Shown here in pieces: positions 38,920-50,503 of a stretch of DNA of 64,000 nucleotides. Each line of letters begins with the position of its first letter. The stretch's first letter is position 1. The position numbers were made by a program, and so were the translations under genes. Source of the DNA: Camelus dromedarius (lineage: Eukaryota); contig NC_087436.1 of NCBI RefSeq assembly GCF_036321535.1, positions 81,222,001 through 81,286,000 on the forward strand. The letters run 5' to 3'. The notes beneath the pieces were generated by a model. The model saw only the letters and a list, made by a program, of their open reading frames with translations, had not been told where the DNA came from and did not search any database.

Positions 38920-39389
38920 CTGCTTAAAGAGTGCCTCTGGGTTAGCAGATTGGCTTGAGCCATTTGGGGATTCTCAGATTTACTGCTTGTCTGACTATTG
39001 TTGCAGCTCTGATTTATGGAGTTCAGAATCTCCTGAAAGGCAAGGTGTCTGAAGTTTAGAGTCTTTCCTTGACGGTCCCTCCTCTTTCCAGTACACTCCT
39101 TTTGCCCGTGTTCACCTTGCGGTGACCTTGCAGGACTCAGCACTTTTACCTGAGCTCAGTAGCCGGAGAGCCCACTAGAGCTGTGGCGAGAGCAGCGGTT
39201 TCCATTCCTGGGTGATGGAGTCATGGGAGAAACTGCAGCGAACCAACAGAGAGTAGGACCCGAGTGAGCGAGCTGGGCTCCACGGTGCTGTGAGCGGCTG
39301 AGGCTCAGGACAGAGCAGCTGCTCTCTCTCCCAGCCTGCAAGTGCAGCCTGCATTTGTCACTGACCACTGAAGTGGGTGTTTGTGCAAG
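38917..39389 (+). promoter_or_regulatory. DTNA: Candidate promoter and non-coding first exon (downstream alternative start)
   Basis: Locally GC-rich with 11 CpGs in about 39070-39300, reverse CCAAT at 38949-38953, and donor AAG|GTGGGA after 39389. No coding frame. The exon end resembles my recollection of the alpha-dystrobrevin 5'UTR, which is unverified. Confidence 0.5.
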
Positions 39390-42300
39390 GTGGGAGCTGC
39401 ATGCTTCTTCCTTAATTTGGAGACAAATTGCCAGGTATTGCTGTTGATTGTGTTTGATAATTTGGGGATGTTTATGTCACCACAAATTCAGGACCTAGAC
39501 TGTGCGTGGTTTTATTTATACCCTTGTTTTCTGTCATGATCCATTCAGCGCTCCACGGTGTCCAAATTATGGTAACAGATGGGACATACTGCTGTTCTCA
39601 CGCTGAAATGTGATCAGTTTGGTGCCGTTTTCTTGGATTCTTTTATTGATTGCTGCTGCCAAATGATAGAGCTGTTCGTATGCGGAATTTCAGTGCTGAT
39701 TTGAAAGCATGCAAGAACTACTTCAGATGTAAATCTGAACTGCTGTTTTTCTGGAGTCCTGGCTGTGCTGTATTCTCTGCTTCACTCACATTTTAGTGGT
39801 TGAAACTTTGGAGAGAGCGGAGTGCCTTAGGGTCTGAGCTGGTGATAAAAGTAACATGGGAGTGTTCCGTATTTTTGCTTGTCAAAATGAAACCTTCTGC
39901 TTGGCCAATGATATGTGTATGTGTGATTTAAAAAAAAAAAAAAAACACAACTGTCTGAGAACCAAAAGGGAACCAAATAATACTTTGCTGTGTTTTGATG
40001 TACTTATGATTAATTCAATCAGCTTCTAAAGTTTTTGTTGTCAGCATATTTGAGTTTTGGAACTTCATGTTCTGTGTGCACAGGGACAATGTAACTACAG
40101 TGCGCACTTGTGAAGGTATGTGGGGACATGGAGTATGTGCTTACTAGGAATAAAATAATAGGAATCCAATATGTGCTCTTGGCTAAATAGGCAGGCCTTA
40201 ACACTGCACCAGTTTTGTATGTTAGCTGCTTAATTGACTATCTATACAAAATATATAGGAGATACAGTGTATTATATATAAATATACAAGGATTTGTATT
40301 CATGAAACACATGCTCTTAAAAAAGGAAAACGTGGGAATTAGATATTGCAAAAATAGGACGAGTAAGAGATTGAAAAGCTATCAAATTTTACAATAAGGG
40401 GAAAGATAATACATTAAAACAAATAATTGCAATGGAATATGAACAGTACTTCAACTGCTCAATTTTTCAAGTCTAATGAAAGAACAGTAGCATATTTAAG
40501 GAAATTCAGAGTCAGCAGAAATGAAGCCAAGAGCAAAAATTCTTAATAAAACATGTTGTTAAGCTGTGAAATGTACTTGTCTGTCTTAATTAAGATTGCC
40601 TAGATTGATAAAATTGGAATTTTTTTGAAAGTGAATTTTAAAATTTTATTTAAAATTGGTTTTTACTTAGACTTTGAAACTGATAAAATTATGATATATT
40701 GAAATGCAGTGAACATTGAAGTTATTGAAAACACTTAGATAACATATGATATCAAAATTATTTGTCCCACTTTTGAATTAGGTCAGTTTAGAAACAGTCT
40801 AATACTGTAAACTAGAATGTCACCTGTTGCTACGTGCACTTGGACTGATCCTTAGATGCACTCTTCACGGTTTCTTGCTTTCACATTATGTTAAAACACT
40901 GTGGAATGGTGAGCAGAAAACACTTGACTCTAACATTGTCATGCTTTCTATGTGATTTAGAACAGAAATAGTTTAATTTGACAGACATGGAACTTGAGGT
41001 GCACAAAGAATTGATGATTGGTTGGCCTTTCCATATTGGAACTCATACTCCCCTGGTTTCTTTGCTGCCTTGAGGTACATTTTGGCTACTTCTTTGAAAG
41101 GGTGTAACGTGACTTGATCACCATGACTGAAAAGATAGGGTGGAGGGCCTCTTGTCACCGTTTTATAAACACGAGCATATCCGTGTCTCTATGATGAGTG
41201 CAGGTCCAGTATGTTCAAATGTGGTGTGTCCATCTGTACCCGTGGTCACCTTCCTTGCGAAAAGACTAGAAACTTTGTCATCTATCTGATGAACCAGAAT
41301 CAGTGTAAACAGCCAAGAAAAGCCTTGAATAGTGTCTGTGTTTATTCTTTAGATAACTAGCTGACTGTGGCATACAAAGAGGTTTAAAAAGGTTTAGAGA
41401 TTATAGGTACTGACCTCAAAGCACATGCCAGCCTGTTCAAACACATTGACTTCTGTGCAATTAAGCTCTCCTAGTTAAAGGAAAAGATTAGGCTGTATTT
41501 ATATATTTGATAAGTATCTTTAATTTTTTAAAAAGCTTAAATTCCTCAACACATTGTGTTCTTGCTCTCTCTCTTCTTTAAGCTTTATATTTTATTCTAG
41601 ACTTTAAACTTACCAAGTCCTTAATTTACTGAACCTGCTTTCTTTTGACCTACACTTAATCTCTATTTCTCGCATAAGAACGCAATTTTGATTTATGTCC
41701 TGGGACTGGGGAGAGATGCACCTCCCTGGAGATCAAGAGATCACTGCCCACTCTGTGAACAGGAAACGCGGTGATTAGTGGGAAAGAATGGGTTGATAAA
41801 TGGCTACCAGGCAGGCCCTGGTCATGTCTGTCTCTCCTGGCATTTCTGCCATTCATGCTGACTCACCCATCTGGTCCGTACTAGGCTGGAAACCTCTATC
41901 GGGAATTCTCTGCACATAGCGCACGGTTACACTTTTGCTCAATTGAGATTAAATATGATCTGTAGGATATGGGGTTGGCTTAAAGTGATATTAGTAGTTT
42001 TTATATCTCTTTACCTTAGCATTAAGGTAATTAAGTTCTAGTTAGCCTACTGACTTCTCCCCAAACAGTGTAGATTCAGGTGAAGTAATGAGCATTCATA
42101 CAACTTTTAACTGTTACTTCCAGGTTCCCTCAGGTAGGCCTAGGCTGTTTGTGGAAACATGGAAGGCAGGGTGTATGATATGACTGTTTTTCTGGTAGAG
42201 GTCCCTCGGAGGCTACAGAGTGTCCAGACAATCACTGGGCCCCCTCCTGGGCCACTGAGAACTTGGCAGCTGGAGTAGCAGCAGGTGGCAGCAGGCAATT

Positions 42301-43098
42301 CTCCACTGAAGACAGAGACTGAAAACATTTTATGCAAGTCTGCTCAAGAGGCCTGCCTCATTTGTTTTGAAACCGGTGTGTCTTCTAAGGAAATGGAACG
42401 GACAGGGTCTGGTTGCTAGCAGGTGGGCCCGGATTGTGACGGGCCATCACAAAAAGTGTGTTTCAACTACATATTTTCACAAGCAAGTCTTGTTTTTTTA
42501 AACCTTTAAATTACTTACATGAGGACAGGCTTCAAACCCGATCCCAGTGTCAACCCAGGTTCCCCTGTTAGCCATCCTCTACCACACAAAACAAATATTT
42601 TTTAAGAAATACTAATAGCCAACTTGACTCTACATTTTAATAGCCAAACAGTTTTTAATCAATATATAATTCAAATAATCACTGCAGGACAATGTAATTA
42701 CAACTTCCAAATATTTCTAATGGCCAGGAAACCATCAACAGAAAATTACTGCAAAGCTTCTGTTACAGGTGTATTCAACCTTAAGGGAATGTTCAAGAAT
42801 TCTACTCCAATGTTTCAGAATCAATTAAAAGGGGCTTTTATATGCTCTTTTCTGGTGGAATAGTTTCAAGATCAGCATGCTTTGAATATTTTGACGACCA
42901 AGTCTAAAACAGACTGGAGGCTGTGCCTTCTCTTGCTCCTGCTCTCTTGTAGCATGGGGTTTCGCTGGCTTGATAACTCTTATCAGAACACATCAGTGTA
43001 TTGAAAGGAATTATTTTGTAGCTATAAAGAAGTATCTCCTTTTCTTTTAAGTTAACGTAAGACCTTTGTTTTAAATGTAGGTTTTATTATCAATTAGT

Positions 43099-43620
43099 TG
43101 TAGTGAGAACAACAGATCAGGAGAAAATTGCTGTTGTTTGCTACTCACGGTTTCAAAAGGAGGGACATGCCATGCAGTGAAGGGCCACGTGGGGAAGCAC
43201 CAGGTTGGCCAGGAGGCAGAGAGAGAAAAGAGAAAATGTGGGCAAGATCCTTTATCGTCATTTCCTTGGGAAAGAACAGGCAATGTAGGGTAAGCAGGCT
43301 TAGGACTGGCTAGTTCAAATAATGTCAGCAGACCCTGAGGCATAGAGACTGTCTCAAGGTGTCTGGGTACCCAGCCCCGAGGTGTTTAGGACAGATGGAT
43401 AGTGGCCCAGAGTGTGGGAGCCTTGTGAGAGCCAGATAAAAGGCCTGGTTGGGGTATGGGCTCAGAATTGGTTTAATTTTATCAAAAAGACACGCTGTGG
43501 GTTAGCCTTTCCTATCTCTAGGATTTGACTAGCCTTGGAAGGGGCAGTCTCTTCAGAATCAGCAAAGTCCAGGTGTCAAAGCATCAAAAATACAGAAAAT
43601 TAAAAGACATGACTAATACA
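43099..43620 (-). mobile_element. ERVL solo LTR (MER54/MER74 family-like)
   Basis: TG...CA termini; ctatctctagga...tagccttggaaggggcagtctcttcag...tgtcaaagcatcaaaaatacagaaaatt...taataca. Confidence 0.85.
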
Positions 43621-44599
43621 AGCTAACACACCCAGACAGGGATAGACAGATTACTTAGTATCATTTTGCTAAATTTGGTGTTCGTCTGGTTAGTCCGCTA
43701 TGGACAACAGCCCCTTCGCACCAATGTACCTCTCCATTAATTTAGGTGACTCTCCTAGTAAACTCCAGAAAGGTTTTGTTTCATTTTGTTTTTCAATACT
43801 TTAAAAACCATTGAAAATAACTGAGTCCTCTTTACAGAATAATTAGGTACATTTTACTTGTCCTACACAGCTATGTATTATTGGATGTAGAGTCTAAAAA
43901 TAAGTGTTTCCACATTAAGGTTCTGGTAAAATCCTTAGTTAGGCTAGAATTATTAAAGAAATTTTAACTTTGTACATTCACCATTCACCTTTGGTTAGAA
44001 TCTTCTTCTGGCTCACGAAAGTTAATAAATAATTGTTAAATGAATAAATAAACAATTAAGTCAACTGAACTCATTGACAGAGTTTTTTCAGATCCGGTAA
44101 GGGCCTTTTACAGTGTTTCCAGCCTGATTTTCATAATAAAGAAATTCAGAAAAGAAGAGAAAAGTGTGTTGATTATTTTGCTCAAACAAAAAGCTCAATC
44201 TTCTGTCACTTAAAAATATCCATAACCGGCCATGCCCTTATAAGCAAACCTAAAATGTGGCAAAGGACGTGTATAAATTGAGTATCAATTTAGTTTCAGC
44301 TGAGCTGGCAAAACTATCATTCATAGTGTCCTACACCTTGAGTCAGCAGCGACGCACAGAGGGATCAAAGAACTAACAGGTGAATGGGGTAATTAATTTA
44401 TCGGATTAAAATAGAGCAACATGTGCTAAAAATAACCTGTAATCGAGGAAAGAGACACCTCAGAAATATGGCACCTTTTTGTAACAGCTCTCCTTTTTAT
44501 TTTTAAACATTGAGGAAGGTGAAAGCATACATACGGTGTTTTAGTGGGAATGGAATTTTTTCCTCTATTCAGTTTCTCCATTCCAGTTATTGGCATTTC

Positions 44600-44792
44600 C
44601 CACAGGAATTTATTGTATAATAAATATAGAACTTCAGAATAGTGGGGGAAGGATGATTGAGTTGACAACAGGTATTTGTACAACTATAGCCATTTGGGAA
44701 AAAAGAGTTTATTCCCTTCCACCAAAATAAATTCTAGAGGAGTCAAAGATGTAGTATAAAATATGAAACTCTACACGTGCTAAAAGAAAGCT
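44600..44792 (+). mobile_element. Old L1 ORF2 fragment
   Basis: agtgggggaaggatg...tagccatttgggaaaaaa...ccaaaataaattctagaggagtcaaagat. Confidence 0.7.
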
Positions 44793-45914
44793 TTGGTGTC
44801 TTGTACAGAGGAGATACTACACCCATCGTGTCACTAAGCAGCCCCAAATAAGGGTAGAGATGGCATCTTGCTGCTTGAGGGGTGCCCAGGCTTGTTGGCA
44901 ATCATACCAGTTATCACAGGAGAAGTGGGGTGTCTAGAGTGGTCCTTCCTCTGCACCACGTGCCCCATCATCCTCTATGTTTTTCAGACTCCCCAGTTCC
45001 TCCTGATGAAGGTATAAATGGAAGAATAATGTATAAATTAGGTATAAATGGAAATCACTCATTTTTTTCTTTAATTCTAAACTGATGCTTTATGTTTGAT
45101 CCTGGGGCCAGATAAGTGTCAGAAAAAAATTATAAACTGATTTCTTACTCTTAACTCTCCAGATTCCCAAGTCTGACACTTGATTGAGGTCTCAAAGTGG
45201 CCTCCCTGTCTCTGGTAAGTGCGGGTTTCTGATCTGTGATTGCCATTGGTGTGACAAGGGAATGAGACACTGTCAGCTGTGCCCTGGCCTTTCTGAGTTG
45301 CTGTCAGACTAGACTGAACCAATTCCAAAAGCTCTCAAGGGGCGTGGGCTTGGTGGGGAGCAGGACAGCTTCGGTTGGAAAGCTTTTCCTTTAGGGTCTG
45401 TGGATTCTTCCTTCTTTGTCATTTCCTGTTCCTCTAGTTGATCTCTCAATCCTGAATTCCTCCCCTCCCATGACCTCCCATATCGCCTCACACCATCCTC
45501 TGACCTGGATGAAAGAAACACTTATGTCATTCGCGCTAGGTTTCTCAGACTGGCAGGCTGTTTGGAGCAACGTGCAGTGTCCCTAGCAACAGATTAAGGC
45601 AAATTCACAGGACTTCAAAAGCCTGCAGGCACTGCAAACTCACAGAGGACTACCTAGTTATATTTGGAACTTCTGCTTTGTGGATTTGTATTAGCTAAGA
45701 AACCAAGAAAAGTTTTTAAACATTTTTTTGGTTTATTTTTAATAGAAACTTGGAAGGCATAACCCGTTTTCTAAAATAGCTGTGATGCATTTAGTTGAGG
45801 CGCTGAGAATGAAGGCCAACTGTGTCTATGCTAAGGTTTAAAAGTAGGGCATACAAAGTTCACTGGCAGTCACGTGAAGGAAGTTTTAATTATCAGGAAT
45901 ATTGTATATTCATT

Positions 45915-46085
45915 AAGAACATAGGCAGTAGGGTCAGCGAGACCTGTTTTGAAATCCATGAGCAAGTTGTTTGGGAAAGTTACTGAATCTTTTAAGCCTC
46001 AGTTTTTACAACCTGTAACATTAGCATAAATCATAAATTTTAAGGTTAAAATGATAACATGTATGTGGACTTGTCTGTAGTAGAA
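45915..46085 (+). mobile_element. MIR-family SINE
   Basis: ttgggaaagttactgaatcttttaagcctcagtttt...ttaaaatgataacatgtatgt. Confidence 0.7.
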
Positions 46086-47984
46086 GAAATAATCAAAAAG
46101 CTAATCAACATAGATGTGAGTGGAGATATTTTAGCAAATAGAATTGCCACAGTTTTGTGGAGAAGTGAGTTTTTTCTAGATCAGGCAAAAGTTCAAAGTT
46201 GTAGAAAGTTATCATGGAGAATAGAAAAAAAAATAATGAGAAATAAAACAAGGTAAATCGGACTATCCCCAAGGGAGATCTGATTATCACTGTCTGTAAT
46301 CTCCATCTGTGAGGCTTAACACTGTGTGTGGGTGCGCTTACAGCAGGTGCTTATTTATGTTTGAAAATGAGTGGATAAAGAAGTTATGAGACAGTAACAG
46401 TAATGGTGGAGGGAGCTGGACACTTGAACAAAAGAATGCTTAAAAACATCTCCCAGATGTCCTATCTGAAATACAGTGTGTACAGTATTAGATGTATCCA
46501 TAACACTAAAAAAATTAGACAACAAACCAAGAAAAACAGGTGTGTTAGTTACACGGTATGTTCTTTATCACAGTTCATAAAGTGGAGAGGGTGAGAAACA
46601 GCGTTCTTTGAACATGCAAAGGAATGACACACCTGTTAAATCAGAGAGAAGGAGACTTGTGAAGTCAACATGGTTTCTGGCAGAAGTCAAAAGGTGAACC
46701 CAGAGCCCAAATCGGAAAGATCATTAATCTTAAAGAAATGTCAGAATGGGAAGCGGGCTTCAACATAGAGGAGCCGTTGGCATTGGGTGAGGGGCAAAGA
46801 TTTATCATCTCATGCTTTGCTTTATTTGGTTTCTCCAGGCCTTGCCCGTTAAATGCCAATAACTCCCTCCATTTATTGTGAAAACTCAAACACTCCTACA
46901 TTTTTCCAAACACCACTCCCAGGAGTGGTACCATCCCTAGTTGGGAACGATGGAGAGTATAAGAAGTAAGATGAACTATATTCAGGAGAAGTGTGGTGGC
47001 TGAGTATCAAAATCAAGAACTTCACACACCCTTGACTTTCATGGATCTTGGAAGCATGTGTTTTACTCTTTTAAAATGAAAGCCAAGGTCTGTAATACTT
47101 TGTGAGTAATTTGTCATTTTGCTGAGGAATGTGTTTGAATCATGTTTGGTGTGAGACTGATTTGTATGGACCTATCATTTAGCTGGTGAGTGAGATTAGT
47201 TTACCTCACTCTTTCCTACACCTTCACATAAAAATCTATGTGAGATATTTTTCTATTTATATTTATTACAAACTTAATAACATAGTAGGATTTTTAAAAA
47301 ACAACAACTTTGTTTCAGTGTAGAAAAATGGCTTTGAAAAGAGAAGCAATCTGTAGGGCTTCTAATGAAGCACAGAGGAGGATGTGAAGAGGTAGGAACA
47401 ACCAGAAATTCATAGACAAGAGCAGTTTTGAATAAATTGTGGAATTCAAATTTGACAGTATTGATGATCTATGTCAAAGTGAATCCACGAAACGTGCTAT
47501 AAAGCAACAGAACAACAGCAAAAGTGATTTGTGAAATTGTTTTAATGCCTTGACAAGTTACTTTAGGTCTAGGATCATTAAGGGGCCTCTCTGAGTTTTC
47601 AGTTATGTTTCATTTTCTGAAGAAAATTATATGCTGTAGAAGTATTTGAGAATTTAGATAGATATTCATAAAAATCTGAGGATATGTTCTTTTAGTGTTG
47701 AGAGTCAAGTTTGTTGATTCCTAGGGGGAACTAACAACGGAGACCATGAAGAGCAGATGTAACCTGCTTCATGAGTGACACCTGCAGTGACTCTAGGGCC
47801 AGTCCAGGCTTTCATCTCGGGCAGACCTGAGAAACGTGACTCACCCCTTCCTGTTACGCTATCTGCGTGTGGAGTGCTGTCCTCACATTCTGCACGTCGC
47901 ACTAAGTTTAGCGGTGCACCGAAGTGTTCCCTGTGTGTCAGAGAATGGGGAGGTGTCAGGGAAAAGTCGTTAGTACTATATCTC

Positions 47985-48428
47985 TGTTACTTTCTGAAGG
48001 CTGCCGTAACAAAATTCCACAAATTGGGTGGCTTAAACAACGGAAATATGCTGTCTCATAGTTCTGGAAGCCAGAAGTCTAAAATCAAGGTGCTGTCAGG
48101 TCACTGCTCCGGCTGAGGGTGCTGGGAAGAGATGTGTTCCGGGCCTCTCTGCTAACTTCTAGTCCCTTAGACATTCCTTAGCTTGTAGGTAGCCATCTTC
48201 TCCTTGTGTCTCTACATCATCTTTACTCTGTGAGCACCTGCCTCAGTGTCCAATTTTTCTCTTTTTATAAGGATATCGATCATATTACATTAGGGCCCAT
48301 CCTCTTGACTTTAACTTAATTATCTCTGTAAAGACCCTTTCTATTTCCAAAGAAGTTCACATTCTGAGGTACAGGGGCTTAGAACTTCATCATATCTTTT
48401 TGGGGAGGACAATATGCAACCCATAACT
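47985..48428 (-). mobile_element. MLT1B/C-type (MaLR) solo LTR
   Basis: ggctgccgtaacaaaattccacaaattgggtggcttaaacaac...cagaagtctaaaatcaaggtg...cacattctgaggtac...caacccataac. Confidence 0.92.
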
Positions 48429-48504
48429 TTGGCTCAAGTGAGCCGATGATAAGGTGAGAACCTAGGAAAATGTAGAGTAGAGGACTAGCTCTCTTATTAC
48501 CTCC

Positions 48505-49155
48505 ATACTATTCAAAGTGTGGTCAATGGATTTGCAACATAAGTATTACTTCAGAGCTGGTTAGGAATGCAGACCCTCCAGCCCTGTCCTAGGCATTTTT
48601 TTCCCCCACTATATATAATTTATTTTTTTTAACATTTTTTATTGAGTTATAGTCATTTTACAATGTTGTGTCAAATTCCAGTGTAGAACACAATTTTTCA
48701 GTTATATATGAACCTACATACATTCATTGTCACATTCTCTTTCGCTGTGAGCTACCACAAGATCCTGTATATATTTCCCTGTGCTACACAGTACAATCTT
48801 GTTTATCTATTCTACATTTTGAAATACCAGTTTATGTCATTTATTTTTGATCTACTGAAAAAACAGTGAAACTTTGGACATGTCTACCAGAAATAACACA
48901 TCCAAATAACATGGAGGAAAATGTCTGTGAATGTTTTTTTCTATTTAGTCATCTTACACACTTAGTTTATCTAACTGACAAGTTTGTAAACATATACCTT
49001 AATGTAAAGATACAGAATGAAACATAGTTGTCTTACAGAGATTGTAAATGGAAATGTTGTAATTGGAGTTGTAAGGTGCCCCACAGAATGAGAATCTGCA
49101 TCTGTACCTAAATCCCCAGCTATTTCTTATTAAAACAGTGAAGTTTAAGAGCTGT
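48505..49155 (+). mobile_element. MER5A/MER5A1-like element split into halves (about 48505-48594 and 49081-49155)
   Basis: 5' half tcaaagtgtggtc...gagctggttaggaatgcaga; 3' half gaatgagaatctgcat...atccccagctatttc...aagtttaagag. Confidence 0.7.
48628..48838 (-). mobile_element. Young camelid-type L1 3' end, about 210 bp, with a 10-bp TSD
   Basis: ttttattgagttatagtcattttacaatgttgtgtcaaattccagtgtag...tttccctgtgctacacagta; atttattttt at 48618-48627 and 48839-48848. Confidence 0.88.
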
Positions 49156-50264
49156 TCTCACTCAGAAAATAAAAGTCCCTTCTGCAAATGCCAAAAAGGA
49201 AAATCTAAAAGAGCAGTGTTTATGTGCAGGGGCCCCATTAATATATGCACTTAGCAAGTGTAGACCATGATTCCAGCACAGCTATGACACAGTTATTTAT
49301 AAAGAGAATATTGATCTCTGTGGAAAGTTTTAGGAGTTAAGTTTCAGTTATCATTAATTTCTGTAGATTGTCTCTTGGGAGTGAACTCAGAAGACCATCG
49401 TATACAGAGAGCACTCAGATTCTTTCTCCTAGTCTTACTTCGCTTATGTAAGTTGCTTCTTTTCTGCCAACCTGGTGTGCAATTTAAGTGAACTCAGCTC
49501 GCTAAGTCATACAACTTAATCCTGAAATAAGGTCCATTGAGGAAATAAAACGTCCTCTAGTATTGAGGAAGAGGCATTTGGGTTTACAGCATCATCTTCT
49601 AAGTTATTAAAAACATGTGAGCTCTTGCTTCACTTATTTCTGCCTTTTCTGCCCCATAGTCTTTGTGCTCCCCTAAAAATGTATTTCAGCCAGAAGCTGT
49701 GATTGTAGAGTCTATGTTGCATGAAGGCAAATGGAAGAATAAAACTTTAAAATAAAAGAGGCATAATTTAACTTTGTCCTGGAGTGTCCTGGAGTCTGCT
49801 TGGACAAATGCTTATAACAGCAGGGGAACAAATACAGCTTTCTGAGATGAACTCTGAGGGCACGATTCTCATGGAACTGGAGACTTTAAGTGACATATGA
49901 GTGTTCACAGCATTAAAATATGCTCAGGAGGGATCTGCTCCCCTAAAATCCAGGAAATCAGCAAATATGCAACGTGAACCACATTCGGATTCCATTAAAA
50001 CTGCCATACTGTGGATAGTATTGCAGATACATTTTCCTACATGGGGATGAACCTGTGTAACTGGATAACATTTGTACCACCTCCTCTTGAGGTCTGTATT
50101 TGGCTTAGATTCCCAGATAAGTATGAGTATTCTGGATCTGTTAGCTTTATCTCTGTATTAAGTAGTAACGCCATACTTTGAAAATGTGCTAGCAGCATCA
50201 TTTAATCATCTTGATCATCTTTTCTGCTAGTGTTCTTTATTGGATTTGAACAATGTCAGGATAG

Positions 50265-50503
50265 AATAATGAACATGCATTGCTCCTGTGGGCCAGCCAC
50301 TTTCCTAAGCACTTTGCATACTTAAGCACTTTTAATTCTTACAACAATGTTATAAATTACGGATGAGGAAATTGTGCAGATGAGGAAATAGGAGCAGAAA
50401 GAGGTTAAATAACTCATGGCAACTCATGTCAATCAGTGTCAGAGTCAGCGCTCCAGAACTGATTCCAGACCCCATGTGCATTGCCACTGTGGATACTGCC
50501 TCT
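50265..50503 (-). mobile_element. MIR-family SINE
   Basis: ctaagcactttgcata...tttaattcttacaacaa...cagatgaggaaa...gaggttaaataact. Confidence 0.85.

Noticed and set aside
38787..39143. ORF with SL and TH dipeptide runs
   Set aside because: It is simply the translation of the microsatellite.
45010..45053. 14-bp direct repeat containing tataaa
   Set aside because: It looks like an ordinary local duplication with no other promoter context.
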